A program made the translations under genes and the position numbers. Source: a virus (lineage: Duplodnaviria; Caudoviricetes). From it: a stretch of DNA of 64,000 nt. This document shows positions 41,430 through 50,863 of this stretch, one piece after another (position 1 is the first letter of the stretch; each line of letters opens with the position of its first letter). The DNA is taken from IMG/VR virus record IMGVR_UViG_3300042542_005523. One strand, written 5' to 3'. The notes beneath the pieces are model-generated. The model was given only the letters and a program-made list of their open reading frames with translations. It was not told where the DNA came from and made no database searches.

Positions 41430-42494
41430 ATGGAACCTAGTAAAATAGAATCACTCGTCAGGGAAGTCCTCAGTAGGGAATTCCCAGGATCCCCTAGTAA
41501 ACAGAGGATATACCCTTCGGGAAACCGTCTTAATTTCTCGTGCCCATATTGCGGAGACTCTAATGACGCCAGAAAGAAGAGGGGTAACTTCTATATGGAC
41601 ACTCAGGCCTATAAATGCTATAATGGAGGATGTGGAGTTTTTAAATCCTCCTTATCCTTCTTTAATGAATTCGGGGTTTATGGAAAATTATCCAGAGAAG
41701 AGATTTCCGAGATCAAGAAGATACTGGATGAAAATAGAGATAAGAGAAGACCGATAATAGGCTCTACTGATATCTCCATGTTCTTCGAAGATGACATCAA
41801 CAAGTTCATTATACCCAGATCACAATTTATGGAAAGCCTGGGTTTAAAGGATGTAGCTGGTCAACCTATAGAAAGATACCTAAGGAAGAGATACCAGTCT
41901 GTAGACAATAGATTTGCATGGGATCCTAAGAAGGAGAAGCTATTCCTTTTCAATCTTAACAAGGAAGACAAGATAATTGGGCTTCAGCTGAGAAATATGA
42001 ATTCAATAAAGGGGTCGTCCAAGTATCTGACTTATAAGCTAAGTGGAATATGGGAAAAACTTCTATTCTGTAAGGACAGTGAATTCTTGGATGGCTGTCG
42101 AAAAATAGATCCTATCTCATCTGTTTTTAATGTCGCTACAATTGACTTCGGAGATGATATAACAATATTCGAAGGACCGATGGATTCCTGGCTTTGGAAA
42201 AATTCAGTGGGACTTTGCTCGGTTGAAAATAGATTCCCGTTTGATGTCGAAAATATTAGATTCTGGTACGATTGGGATAAGGCTGGACTTAACAAATCCA
42301 TAGAGTTGCTCACGTCTGGATTTAAGGTGTTTAACTGGGGAAAATTTTTGGAAGATCACACTATAACAAAGAATAGAAAATGGGATTTGAATGATCTTGT
42401 CATCCATCTGAGAAAGACTGGTAAGAAGATCAGAAGATTCGAAAATTACTTTACTGACGATGTATTGGACTTGGGATACTTTATCGATGGATGA
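41430..42494 (+). CDS. DNA primase (T4 gp61-like)
   Basis: Zn finger CPYCGDS...CYNGGC; TOPRIM IFEGPMDS and YDWD; KWDLND. ATG 41430 lies just after the terminator. Confidence 0.85.
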   Translation: MEPSKIESLVREVLSREFPGSPSKQRIYPSGNRLNFSCPYCGDSNDARKKRGNFYMDTQAYKCYNGGCGVFKSSLSFFNEFGVYGKLSREEISEIKKILDENRDKRRPIIGSTDISMFFEDDINKFIIPRSQFMESLGLKDVAGQPIERYLRKRYQSVDNRFAWDPKKEKLFLFNLNKEDKIIGLQLRNMNSIKGSSKYLTYKLSGIWEKLLFCKDSEFLDGCRKIDPISSVFNVATIDFGDDITIFEGPMDSWLWKNSVGLCSVENRFPFDVENIRFWYDWDKAGLNKSIELLTSGFKVFNWGKFLEDHTITKNRKWDLNDLVIHLRKTGKKIRRFENYFTDDVLDLGYFIDG

Positions 42495-42717
42495 TCCAAA
42501 CGAGATCCGCGATAAAATGGAAGAATGGGAAAATAGAATTGACGATGACTCGCATCCCAAATTTAAATTCCCCTTGGAAATTAAGGATTCTGACCTTGAT
42601 GTGTTAAACACCGATATGAAAGAGCCTGACGTGAAAAAACCTCAGGATAAAAAGAAAACAGTGGTTATTAAAACCATAGAAAATAAAAATAAGAAAAACA
42701 AAAAAAGTTTATTCTAA
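42487..42717 (+). CDS. Small hypothetical protein
   Basis: ATG 42487 overlaps the primase 3' end; its stop overlaps the next ATG. Confidence 0.5.
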   Translation: MDDPNEIRDKMEEWENRIDDDSHPKFKFPLEIKDSDLDVLNTDMKEPDVKKPQDKKKTVVIKTIENKNKKNKKSLF

Positions 42718-43166
42718 TGGAAAAAGAGGAAAAGCAAGAAGACTATAAGCAAATGTTTGATAGGGAAAGAGAAGAGTGGAGAGAAAAAATACAGTCTGTA
42801 GCACTTAATCTAAAAGACATAAGAACGGTTGCAAAAGCACAGGTCGATCTTTTTGGATACAGACAAATGCTTCTTGAATACAGCTTTAAATTAGCCGGTA
42901 TAGTATCTAAGCTTAATGCTAAGTACAGGGAGAGTAAATCTGCTAAGCTAAAAGAATACTCTGAGAAGACCGATGTTAGATACGGGTCTAACGAGAAGAC
43001 TGTTCTAATTGAGGGTGATTTAACAGCTTTGGTTGAAAAAATAGAACTCGTAGAGGGACATAGAAAATTCATGGACCAGACGGTTCAAACCGTGGATCAT
43101 ATGTTATATGGAATCCGCCAAAGGATAGCTCTCGAGGAATATCTGAGAGGGAGTACGGTAAAATAA
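42717..43166 (+). CDS. uvsY: Recombination mediator UvsY-like
   Basis: All-helical 149 aa, EKTVLIEGDL..LVEKIELV...FMDQTV..V..M.YGIRQRI; positioned near UvsW as in T4-like phages. Confidence 0.6.
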   Translation: MEKEEKQEDYKQMFDREREEWREKIQSVALNLKDIRTVAKAQVDLFGYRQMLLEYSFKLAGIVSKLNAKYRESKSAKLKEYSEKTDVRYGSNEKTVLIEGDLTALVEKIELVEGHRKFMDQTVQTVDHMLYGIRQRIALEEYLRGSTVK

Positions 43167-43201
43167 TCTCTATTTTATTCCATAGAGGAGATACATATGA
43201 C

Positions 43202-43894
43202 ATGGATTATTATGTTTATGTCTATCTAGATCCCAGAAGTCCTGGGTTTTACCAATATGGAGAATATAATTTTGATTATGAGCCTTTCTATATAGGAAAG
43301 GGAAGAAATTGGAGGTTTAGAAATCATTTATTAAAAGTTAAAAGAGGTAAATATCAGAATTTGCCAAAATTTCATACGATAAAACAAATATTGGAAGCTG
43401 GGATGGAACCGATAATTATTAAATATATTGAAAATTTAAACGAATCAGAATCTTTTACCATAGAGGAGGATATGATTCAAAAAATTGGCAGGAGAGATCT
43501 AAAAAGGGGTCCTTTAAGAAATCTCAGTAATGGAGGAGAAGGTAACGGTAACAGAAAATTTACCGAGGAACATAGAAAAAATTTAAGTGCTTCTAAAAAA
43601 GGCGTAGTTACCGAAAATTTAAAAAGCCATCTTGCTAACCTCCATAAAAAATTAAAGGGAAATAAACATACGCTGGGGCTTAAATTTTCCCAGGATACTA
43701 AAAATAAAATGATAGCATCTAGGATAAAACCTATCCTTAAGATTTCCTTGGATGGGACAATTTTGGAGGAGTTTTCTTCCATAAAAGAAGCAATAGAAAA
43801 AACTAACATAAATCCAAAGACAGTTCTGAGAGGGATTGGAAAAACCGCGGGAGGATTTATCTGGGCCTATAAAGATAAAAAAAATAATGCTTAA
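43202..43894 (+). mobile_element. Free-standing GIY-YIG homing endonuclease with NUMOD3/NUMOD1-type DNA-binding repeats
   Basis: YYVYVY...PFYIGKG..R..H; LRNLSNGGEG; KFTEEHRKNLS and KFSQDTKNKM (NUMOD3-like); ILEEFSSIKEA...TAGGFIW (NUMOD1-like). Inserted between uvsY and uvsW. Confidence 0.85.
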
Positions 43895-45410
43895 ATTTAT
43901 AGTATCTGACGATCACCAATGGCTTGTCCTAACCCAGTCTCCTGACGAGGTTGAGAAGAAGCAAATTGAGATATCGATGACTAAGAAAATACACAACCAC
44001 TTTTTCCATCCTTTGGTCAAGAAAAAAATATGGGACGGTAATGTCTGTTTCATAGAAAAGAAAGGACCATTCTGGAGAGTTCCTATAGGCTTGTGGAGAG
44101 AATTGATGCAGATAGGTGAAGAGTATAAAATAGAGATAGAGATAGACGGGCTAGCAAATATCATCAACCAGAAATTGACATTAGAAGAATTTACGGAGTG
44201 GTCTAATGAATTTTTTGATGATGCAGATAAAAAGCCCAGAGATTACCAGATAGAAACTGCATGGAAGATTATCAAATATAGATATTCTGTTTCAGAGGTA
44301 GCTACTTCCTCCGGGAAGACACTTATATCCTTTATGATATTCGCTTATTTGAAAAGCCAGGGCCTCATTAGGAAGTATATGATGATAGCACCTAATACTA
44401 ACCTTGTCATACAGGCAAGTGAGGATTTTGATGACTATGGCCTACAGAAACTGGGGGTTAAAATACAACAGATCGGAGCAGGTAATAAACTAAGACCAGG
44501 ATGTGATCTAATAATAGGTACATTCCAGTCCCTAGTGAAACAGGAGGCTGAATTTTTCGAAGAAGTTGATGCTGTATTCGTGGACGAAGCACACCATACT
44601 AATTCAATGTCCATCAAGAAGATAGTAGCAAAATGCATGCATTCCCAATGGAGATATGGACTTACCGGTACTTTAACAAAAAGAGGAACAGCGGACTATT
44701 TAACCATACAGCAGTTTCTTGGTCCATTGGTTGTTGAGATACCACCTAGCTTCCTTTTTGAAAATAATTATGCAACCCCGATATCAATAAAGGTTGTCAT
44801 TCTAGATTGGCTCGAGCAGGAATATAAGGACAAGCTATCCGAATTGAAGCTAAATCACGGTAATATAGAGGGAACAGAGATTTATAACGTTGAGAGGAGG
44901 ATGGTTGTTGAATCCAAGAAGAGGATCAACTATATTGTTGACTTTATATCGAAAATCTCCAAAAATTCACTGGTCCTATTTCAGTCTGTGAAGGACGAAT
45001 ATGGCAAACAAATATTCAATCTAATAAGAGATAAGAATAACGATAAGGAAGTTTTTTATGTTGATGGTGACACCGACGAGAATTTAAGGGAGGAGTATAA
45101 ATCAAGAATGGGTTTCGGAGAGAATAGAATCTTGATAGCAACATACGGAACATTTGCGACAGGGATTTCTATTAACAATCTTCACAATATCTTTCTTGTT
45201 GAATCATACAAGAGCGAGGTCTTAATCAAGCAAAGCTTGGGAAGAGGAATGAGAAAAATGGAAGGAAAGGAGAAAGTTAACGTGATAGACTTTGTTGATG
45301 ATTTCAGTAGTCCCAAATATCAGAATTATCTAATGAAGCACAGCCTTGTTAGAATCGAGATCTATAAAAGAGAAGGATTTTCTTATAAAGTATTCAAGGT
45401 TAAGCTTTAG
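43887..45410 (+). CDS. uvsW: SF2 DNA helicase UvsW-like
   Basis: PRDYQ, ATSSGKT, FVDEAHH, GLTGT, ATYGTFATGISI..LH, QSLGRGMR. Start 43887 overlaps the endonuclease stop. Confidence 0.92.
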   Translation: MLKFIVSDDHQWLVLTQSPDEVEKKQIEISMTKKIHNHFFHPLVKKKIWDGNVCFIEKKGPFWRVPIGLWRELMQIGEEYKIEIEIDGLANIINQKLTLEEFTEWSNEFFDDADKKPRDYQIETAWKIIKYRYSVSEVATSSGKTLISFMIFAYLKSQGLIRKYMMIAPNTNLVIQASEDFDDYGLQKLGVKIQQIGAGNKLRPGCDLIIGTFQSLVKQEAEFFEEVDAVFVDEAHHTNSMSIKKIVAKCMHSQWRYGLTGTLTKRGTADYLTIQQFLGPLVVEIPPSFLFENNYATPISIKVVILDWLEQEYKDKLSELKLNHGNIEGTEIYNVERRMVVESKKRINYIVDFISKISKNSLVLFQSVKDEYGKQIFNLIRDKNNDKEVFYVDGDTDENLREEYKSRMGFGENRILIATYGTFATGISINNLHNIFLVESYKSEVLIKQSLGRGMRKMEGKEKVNVIDFVDDFSSPKYQNYLMKHSLVRIEIYKREGFSYKVFKVKL

Positions 45411-45421
45411 CGCTAATTTTT

Positions 45422-45429
45422 GATATATA
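45422..45429 (+). promoter_or_regulatory. Putative phage late promoter box GATATATA
   Basis: 15 nt upstream of ATG 45445. Confidence 0.6.
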
Positions 45430-45444
45430 GAATAAAAATTTCTT

Positions 45445-45999
45445 ATGAAAATCAAGAATTTTGACCGATTCATATCGGAGAATAGAAGATATTATAGTTC
45501 AGATCAGAGATACGGTCCTTTAAAGGGGAAGCTTTCCATTTTCAAGGACAGAGAAAGATCTAGCGATATAGGAAACTGGTTAGAGGATATAAAGGGAAGG
45601 GTTAAGAGTGAGATGGTAGCCAGAGCGGATAGACCAGGAAAGACTAAAAATCTAGGAGATCCTTTGGGAGTTTTAGGTTCGATATCTGGTTTTCTTCTTA
45701 ATCTAGGAGCTGGAGTTAGCGATGCCCTTTTCGGAGACGCTAAAAAAGGAGAAGACTATAAAAAGAGAAGCAAAGAGGATTTAGACAGATGGGAAAGAAA
45801 AACATTTAGCGGGGATCAGAAAAAAGTTACAGATAAGGATGCTGCTAGTTTTTACATGAATGGTGTGGAAAGAGGCAAGAAAATTTTCGGTAAAGACTTC
45901 GATCCAGACAAACCAAAGACTGAGGAAGAGAAAAGATATGCTGAGGATCTATACGATGCAACATCGAGATATTACGGTAGAATAAATCAAAAGAGATAA
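45445..45999 (+). CDS. Hypothetical, probable capsid-packaged internal protein
   Basis: N-terminus MKIKNFDRFISE (capsid-targeting-like); highly charged, with a Gly-rich amphipathic core. Confidence 0.55.
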   Translation: MKIKNFDRFISENRRYYSSDQRYGPLKGKLSIFKDRERSSDIGNWLEDIKGRVKSEMVARADRPGKTKNLGDPLGVLGSISGFLLNLGAGVSDALFGDAKKGEDYKKRSKEDLDRWERKTFSGDQKKVTDKDAASFYMNGVERGKKIFGKDFDPDKPKTEEEKRYAEDLYDATSRYYGRINQKR

Positions 46000-46006
46000 A
46001 GAGATA

Positions 46007-46933
46007 ATGAGATTAAAAAATTTCGTTGAGTTTAAGAATGTATCTGAAGGCGGGAAGGCTATTAAAAGCGCTAGACCAATCAGACAGGACGAAGCTATGA
46101 AAACTATAGAAAATATAAAGGAGGTTTTATTACCTCTTTTAGATCTTGATTCCTATAAAGAGGGAAAGGATTATATTTTTATAGGCTCAACTGGAAAAAA
46201 GAAAAATCCAGAGGACACGTCCGGTGATATAGATCTTGGATTTAACGGAAATTATTTTGCTACCAAGCATGGCATATCATTTAAAGAGTGCTCAAAGACT
46301 CTCATGGATATGCTAAGTCCCGAACTACCTAAAGTTCTTGGATTTGAGCCTGAAATGAATAATCTATCTGGACTGAATATACTTAGTGTAGCTTGGCCAA
46401 TAGCTGGTGATGCAAATAACGGGTTTGTTCAATTGGATCTTATGCCTCTTCAAAATATGGAATGGGCGAAGTTTATCTATTATTCACCTGATTATAGAAC
46501 GGACGAAAGCCAGTGGAAATCTGCTCATAGGAATTGGCTTTTGAGTGCAGCTCTTGTTGCAAGGAGGGAGATATTGGCTAATGATGAGCAAGGTGAGGTT
46601 TTAGATTACAGAACACCTGCTTTGATCCTGCCTAGTGGTTTATACCTTCAAACCAAAAGCTTTAGAGGTAAATTAAAGCCAAGATTAAAAAATGCCCAGA
46701 AGATTCCAGGAACGGAGGAATTCATAACAGACGATCCTCAGGAATTTATAAATTATGCTCTTGGACCAGGGTACAGCGAGAATGATGTTAAAACATTCGA
46801 AAAAGTTTTATCTATAATGACTTCTCCGAATTTCAAATATAAAGAATTTCTTCCCCAGATAAAGGAGAAGTTTATACAATTACTAAATAGAACAGATTTA
46901 CCAGTTCCACCTGAGACAGAAAAATTAGGTTGA
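46007..46933 (+). CDS. Pol-beta-superfamily nucleotidyltransferase with a capsid-targeting-like N-terminus
   Basis: IGSTGKK...SGDIDL (GS...DxD) plus a third Asp in VQLDLM; begins MRLKNFVEFKNVSE. Confidence 0.7.
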   Translation: MRLKNFVEFKNVSEGGKAIKSARPIRQDEAMKTIENIKEVLLPLLDLDSYKEGKDYIFIGSTGKKKNPEDTSGDIDLGFNGNYFATKHGISFKECSKTLMDMLSPELPKVLGFEPEMNNLSGLNILSVAWPIAGDANNGFVQLDLMPLQNMEWAKFIYYSPDYRTDESQWKSAHRNWLLSAALVARREILANDEQGEVLDYRTPALILPSGLYLQTKSFRGKLKPRLKNAQKIPGTEEFITDDPQEFINYALGPGYSENDVKTFEKVLSIMTSPNFKYKEFLPQIKEKFIQLLNRTDLPVPPETEKLG

Positions 46934-46944
46934 AACAAAAGTAA
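46932..46944 (+). repeat. 13-bp intergenic repeat GAAACAAAAGTAA, copy 2
   Basis: Identical to 40333-40345. Confidence 0.6.
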
Positions 46945-46973
46945 ATTTTAAGTTAAAATTAAAAAGCGAATTT

Positions 46974-48914
46974 ATGTCGAGTATTTCCCATCTACAGGAT
47001 CTTTACCACAAAAAAGGGAACGAGTTTATCAACAATCTCTTTAGCTCCTTCGTGACAGTGAACGAAAAGATGGACGGTTCTGCGTTCACATTTGAACGCG
47101 ATATCGATAATGGTAAGTTTAAGTTTTATAAAAGGGATCAAAGAAATCCCATCACGATGGTTGACCGAACCATTATGAAGTACTACGAGAAACCCATACA
47201 GTACATAGAGTCACTTCCGCCCCACATAATACAATTGATACCAAGAGGATGGAGATTTGGATTGGAATATTTCTCTTCACCCCAGCCACTTGAGATTGCT
47301 TACGATAGAGTGCCGAATAACAATCTCATTCTTTCATACGTCCATAAATTGGATAACGGTAGAGCAAAGTCAACTATACAGAGTAAAGAGGATCTAGATA
47401 AATGGGCTGATTTACTGGGAGTGGAAAAACCTCCTATTATTTTTCAGGGGAAATTAACAGATGGCCAAAAAAGAAGTATCCTTGAGTTTATAAACACACC
47501 ATTCTCTGATCTAATAGAGGAATTTAGAACAAAGAGCTTTGTAGCTTACATAGTTGGTGTTTTAAATCCTAAATTGGAAAAGACAGCATTGAATAATGAT
47601 CTAGAAAAGGCAATCGAAGGTATAGTATTTAGATTTGGCTCTGATGAGGAAGGTGAAGAACCTGTTTTAGCAAAAATGGTAGATCCGCTTTTCACCGAGC
47701 TGGCAAAGAGTAAATATGTCCAGAAGAAAGAAACAAAGCCTAGCGATTTCCTAGTTATAACTGTTCTAGATGTTATGAACTTCATACTAGAAAAGGGAGT
47801 TGGTAGTTTTGATTTTAAGGGGAAGACCGAAGACGAAAGATATCTTTCTTTCATTTCCGATGTGTTTGTTAACTTCTTAGATGAGTATAAGGAGAAGTAC
47901 AGCGAAACTGATTTCGAGGAACCTGAATATTTAAAGAAGGACGAGTTTAGAGTCAATAAGAAAATGGTTCCAAATAGAGCTGCTCTTGCCTATATAGAAG
48001 AAGATGATGCTTTCGAATCCCTATATAAATTGATTGTTAACCAGTTTAGAAAAATAAAAAAGAGAGCTGGTGGAATAATAAATCAGGATTTCATAGATCA
48101 GTTCAATTCAGTCGTGAAAGAGATAGAGGAAGCTATTTCTGAAAAAGAGGCTAAGAAAATAAACGAATCAGAGATACCTTCTTTTAATGATTTCAAATCT
48201 AAATTTAGAAAGAAAGTGGAGTATGTCACCGAGGAATCAGATAACGAGTCTGAAGAACCCCAACCATACGGCGAAACTTTCTCGCAATTCATATCAGATC
48301 TTGAGCATATAGACACAAAGGAAGTTAAAAATGTAGCTCCGCTAGAAGAGGATTCTAATAAAGATGAATTAAAGCCAATTAATATTATCGTTGGCAGATT
48401 CCAACCTTTCCATAAAGGTCACTTAGCAATGGCGAAAGAGCTAAAAGAGGAAAATGATTTACCATCTATAGCTATTGTAGTCTACCCTGGCCACAATAAA
48501 TCTGGCAAATCCCCATTCGACGAGAATGTTATAAAGACTTACATGGAGTCTGTTGTTAGAGAATACCCGGATTTGCTGAGTGGATTTCTAATTGTCAATA
48601 AAGGTCTTTTAGGTATTATAGCTGGAGAGGTTAGAAACATAGGCTATAGAATAGAGTTAATAGGAGCGGGTGAAGATAGAGTTGATGATTATAACAAGCA
48701 AGTAGATTACCTGGTTAAAGCGGGCAAGGAATTTCCAACCACTACAAAGATCTTTAAAACTAAAAGAATAGCTAGCTCAAGTGAGGTAAGAGATAAACTC
48801 AAGAATGAGGATTTCACAGCATTTAAGAAGTTAGTACCACCTTGCGTCGCTTCATTATACGCAACCCTTGTTTCTGGGGTACATAACGGATTAAAACAAA
48901 GTTCTAAAAAGTAA
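46974..48914 (+). CDS. Fusion of an ATP-dependent RNA-ligase-like adenylation domain and an HxGH (cytidylyltransferase/NMNAT-like) nucleotidyltransferase
   Basis: Ligase motifs I (EKMDG), III (GLEY), IV (EGIVFR) and V (LAKMVD); C-terminal IVGRFQPFHKGH, GAGEDRV, ASSSEVR. Confidence 0.7.
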   Translation: MSSISHLQDLYHKKGNEFINNLFSSFVTVNEKMDGSAFTFERDIDNGKFKFYKRDQRNPITMVDRTIMKYYEKPIQYIESLPPHIIQLIPRGWRFGLEYFSSPQPLEIAYDRVPNNNLILSYVHKLDNGRAKSTIQSKEDLDKWADLLGVEKPPIIFQGKLTDGQKRSILEFINTPFSDLIEEFRTKSFVAYIVGVLNPKLEKTALNNDLEKAIEGIVFRFGSDEEGEEPVLAKMVDPLFTELAKSKYVQKKETKPSDFLVITVLDVMNFILEKGVGSFDFKGKTEDERYLSFISDVFVNFLDEYKEKYSETDFEEPEYLKKDEFRVNKKMVPNRAALAYIEEDDAFESLYKLIVNQFRKIKKRAGGIINQDFIDQFNSVVKEIEEAISEKEAKKINESEIPSFNDFKSKFRKKVEYVTEESDNESEEPQPYGETFSQFISDLEHIDTKEVKNVAPLEEDSNKDELKPINIIVGRFQPFHKGHLAMAKELKEENDLPSIAIVVYPGHNKSGKSPFDENVIKTYMESVVREYPDLLSGFLIVNKGLLGIIAGEVRNIGYRIELIGAGEDRVDDYNKQVDYLVKAGKEFPTTTKIFKTKRIASSSEVRDKLKNEDFTAFKKLVPPCVASLYATLVSGVHNGLKQSSKK

Positions 48915-48918
48915 CTGA

Positions 48919-50004
48919 ATGCAGGTTTCAAAAGGAAAACCTAAAAAATCAGAAACGCCGGAGGATATAGTTGCTTTAGAAATAGAGCAATGTAAATCTA
49001 TTCTTGGTTCCATGTCCGATAGATTGGAGAAATTTGATTTATCCGGTGTAGACGAAGCCGGGCTCAGAAAGCTGAAAAAACTAATAAAGAATATAAAAAG
49101 CTCTTCCTCTCTTGTAGATATTATACACGATAATAATAAGAGATCTAGCCAGATTATAGAAACACTATATAAAGTATTCTTTAGCAGGTCTAACGAGGAT
49201 TCGCGTATTATGTTCAGAAAGGGATACGTTGAGGATTTCTACATTAATCTAGATCCTGCTACCTTAGATACCATAGAGAAAAGATTCATTAAAAAACAGC
49301 CAATCAAGGGGTCTATAAGTTTCTCCGATGCTGTAAAGAACGGTACAACTGATATAGGATGGATTGATAGTTTTAATGGAATCTCTAGAAAAGACCTGAA
49401 GGAGATTTATACTATAGATGCCTACTTTCCAAGCGGTAAAAGAAGAAGAGGTAAGGGTGAAACTCTTTCTTGTCTTTCTTTTGGTGGCTTTATCAACAAT
49501 GAGAGGGGAGCGGATGTTTTTATAGACGGCAATCGTGTTGAAGTAAAGTCTACTATAAGCGCATCTATTACCAGCGAGGATAATCTGGTATCCCCTAAGA
49601 TTAAGCAGTTTATAGATCTGTCATATAGGATAAGTGGCAAATCAAAAAAGAAGGAGAAAACATACGGTAAGAGATCCCTGAATCTTCTCATAGCTAAGAT
49701 AAAATCTAGTCAAGTAAAGGCAAACGAGTTCTGGAAGAGATTTCACCAGATAGTTGGATTTAGGACCGACCGTGATCCGGATAAGATAGTTCCAATATTA
49801 ATATGTCATCAGATAGAGCATTACTCTAAGCCAGAGAACTTTAACACGATGATAATCTATAGTGAGAATACAGGGGGATTTCCAGATGCCCTTTCCGTTC
49901 TAGTGAAGAATGAATCATTTGTAAACGATCGAAACATAGAGATACTTAACGACTTGAATATATACTTCAGGGTTTATCCCAATAAGGTAGAAATATTTTT
50001 ATAA
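48919..50004 (+). CDS. Putative PD-(D/E)xK nuclease
   Basis: GKGE...GADVFIDGNRVEVKS catalytic-type pattern. Confidence 0.5.
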   Translation: MQVSKGKPKKSETPEDIVALEIEQCKSILGSMSDRLEKFDLSGVDEAGLRKLKKLIKNIKSSSSLVDIIHDNNKRSSQIIETLYKVFFSRSNEDSRIMFRKGYVEDFYINLDPATLDTIEKRFIKKQPIKGSISFSDAVKNGTTDIGWIDSFNGISRKDLKEIYTIDAYFPSGKRRRGKGETLSCLSFGGFINNERGADVFIDGNRVEVKSTISASITSEDNLVSPKIKQFIDLSYRISGKSKKKEKTYGKRSLNLLIAKIKSSQVKANEFWKRFHQIVGFRTDRDPDKIVPILICHQIEHYSKPENFNTMIIYSENTGGFPDALSVLVKNESFVNDRNIEILNDLNIYFRVYPNKVEIFL

Positions 50005-50005
50005 A

Positions 50006-50548
50006 ATGGCTTCAATTAAAAAATTTAATGAATTCTTAGAATCTGTTTTCGAGTCCGATGGATTTGGAACAAAACCCTTTCTTTTAAGGAAAGAAAAGGA
50101 CATCTTTAACTATCTCTTCTACATAGACACAGGAGAGGAAGGAAAACAAGATGCCTTTAGACTTATGATTGGTAAATACTCAAGCCATCAGGTTATAGAT
50201 CAGCCTAAGAACTCATATTGCGTGCTTAGCGTTAATAAGCTATCATCCGAACAACTAGAGGATATATCGGTAACCAAAGCTGATTTGCCACCTACGACAT
50301 CCTCAGAGTTTAAAATGTCGGAAAGCGAGGTATCTAGACTATTCGAAACCATTTCTAAATGTATTTTGGATTATCTGGAGTATAATGCTAAAGTATCTAA
50401 GATTTACGACGAGATACAGGATAATCTAGTTTTCTCCGGTGAAGGCACCTATATGGAATTTATGAAATCTATAATTATTTCATATTTAGGCGAAGATTGG
50501 AGTGTACAGGAGGGAGTTGATAAAAATTCAATTTTAATCTCCAGATAA
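50006..50548 (+). CDS. Hypothetical, probable capsid-packaged internal protein
   Basis: N-terminus MASIKKFNEFLES. Confidence 0.55.
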   Translation: MASIKKFNEFLESVFESDGFGTKPFLLRKEKDIFNYLFYIDTGEEGKQDAFRLMIGKYSSHQVIDQPKNSYCVLSVNKLSSEQLEDISVTKADLPPTTSSEFKMSESEVSRLFETISKCILDYLEYNAKVSKIYDEIQDNLVFSGEGTYMEFMKSIIISYLGEDWSVQEGVDKNSILISR

Positions 50549-50600
50549 TTGAAACTTTTTTAAGTAATTTTCATATAAACTAATAAATAAATTAAAAACA

Positions 50601-50777
50601 ATGGAAAAATTCGAACAAATCAAAGCTCTTCTTGAAGGAGTACAAGGCGACATTGAAAAATTCTACAGCAAGGGGAATTCAAGCGCAGGAACAAGAGTTA
50701 GACAAGCCATGCAAGAGCTTAAGAAATTAGCTCAGGATTTGAGAGTGGATGTTCAAGATAAAAAGAACGCTGCTTAA
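50601..50777 (+). CDS. Hc1-like (histone H1-like) small protein, absent from the ORF track
   Basis: Hand translation, 58 aa: MEKFEQIKALLEGVQGDIEKFYSKGNSSAGTRVRQAMQELKKLAQDLRVDVQDKKNAA. KFY.KGN..AG.R.R...QE.KK.AQ..R..V is the Hc1 family core; A-rich leader and a following terminator. Confidence 0.85.
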   Translation: MEKFEQIKALLEGVQGDIEKFYSKGNSSAGTRVRQAMQELKKLAQDLRVDVQDKKNAA

Positions 50778-50795
50778 TCTCTAGGACAAATTATT

Positions 50796-50824
50796 AAAAA
50801 TGGGATCTTTAGGGTCCCATTTTT
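50796..50824 (+). terminator. Rho-independent terminator after the Hc1-like gene
   Basis: AAAAATGGGATC-TTTAG-GGTCCCATTTTT inverted repeat. Confidence 0.8.
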
Positions 50825-50863
50825 ATTTAAAGTGAATATATAAACTATCTAAAACAAATTAAA

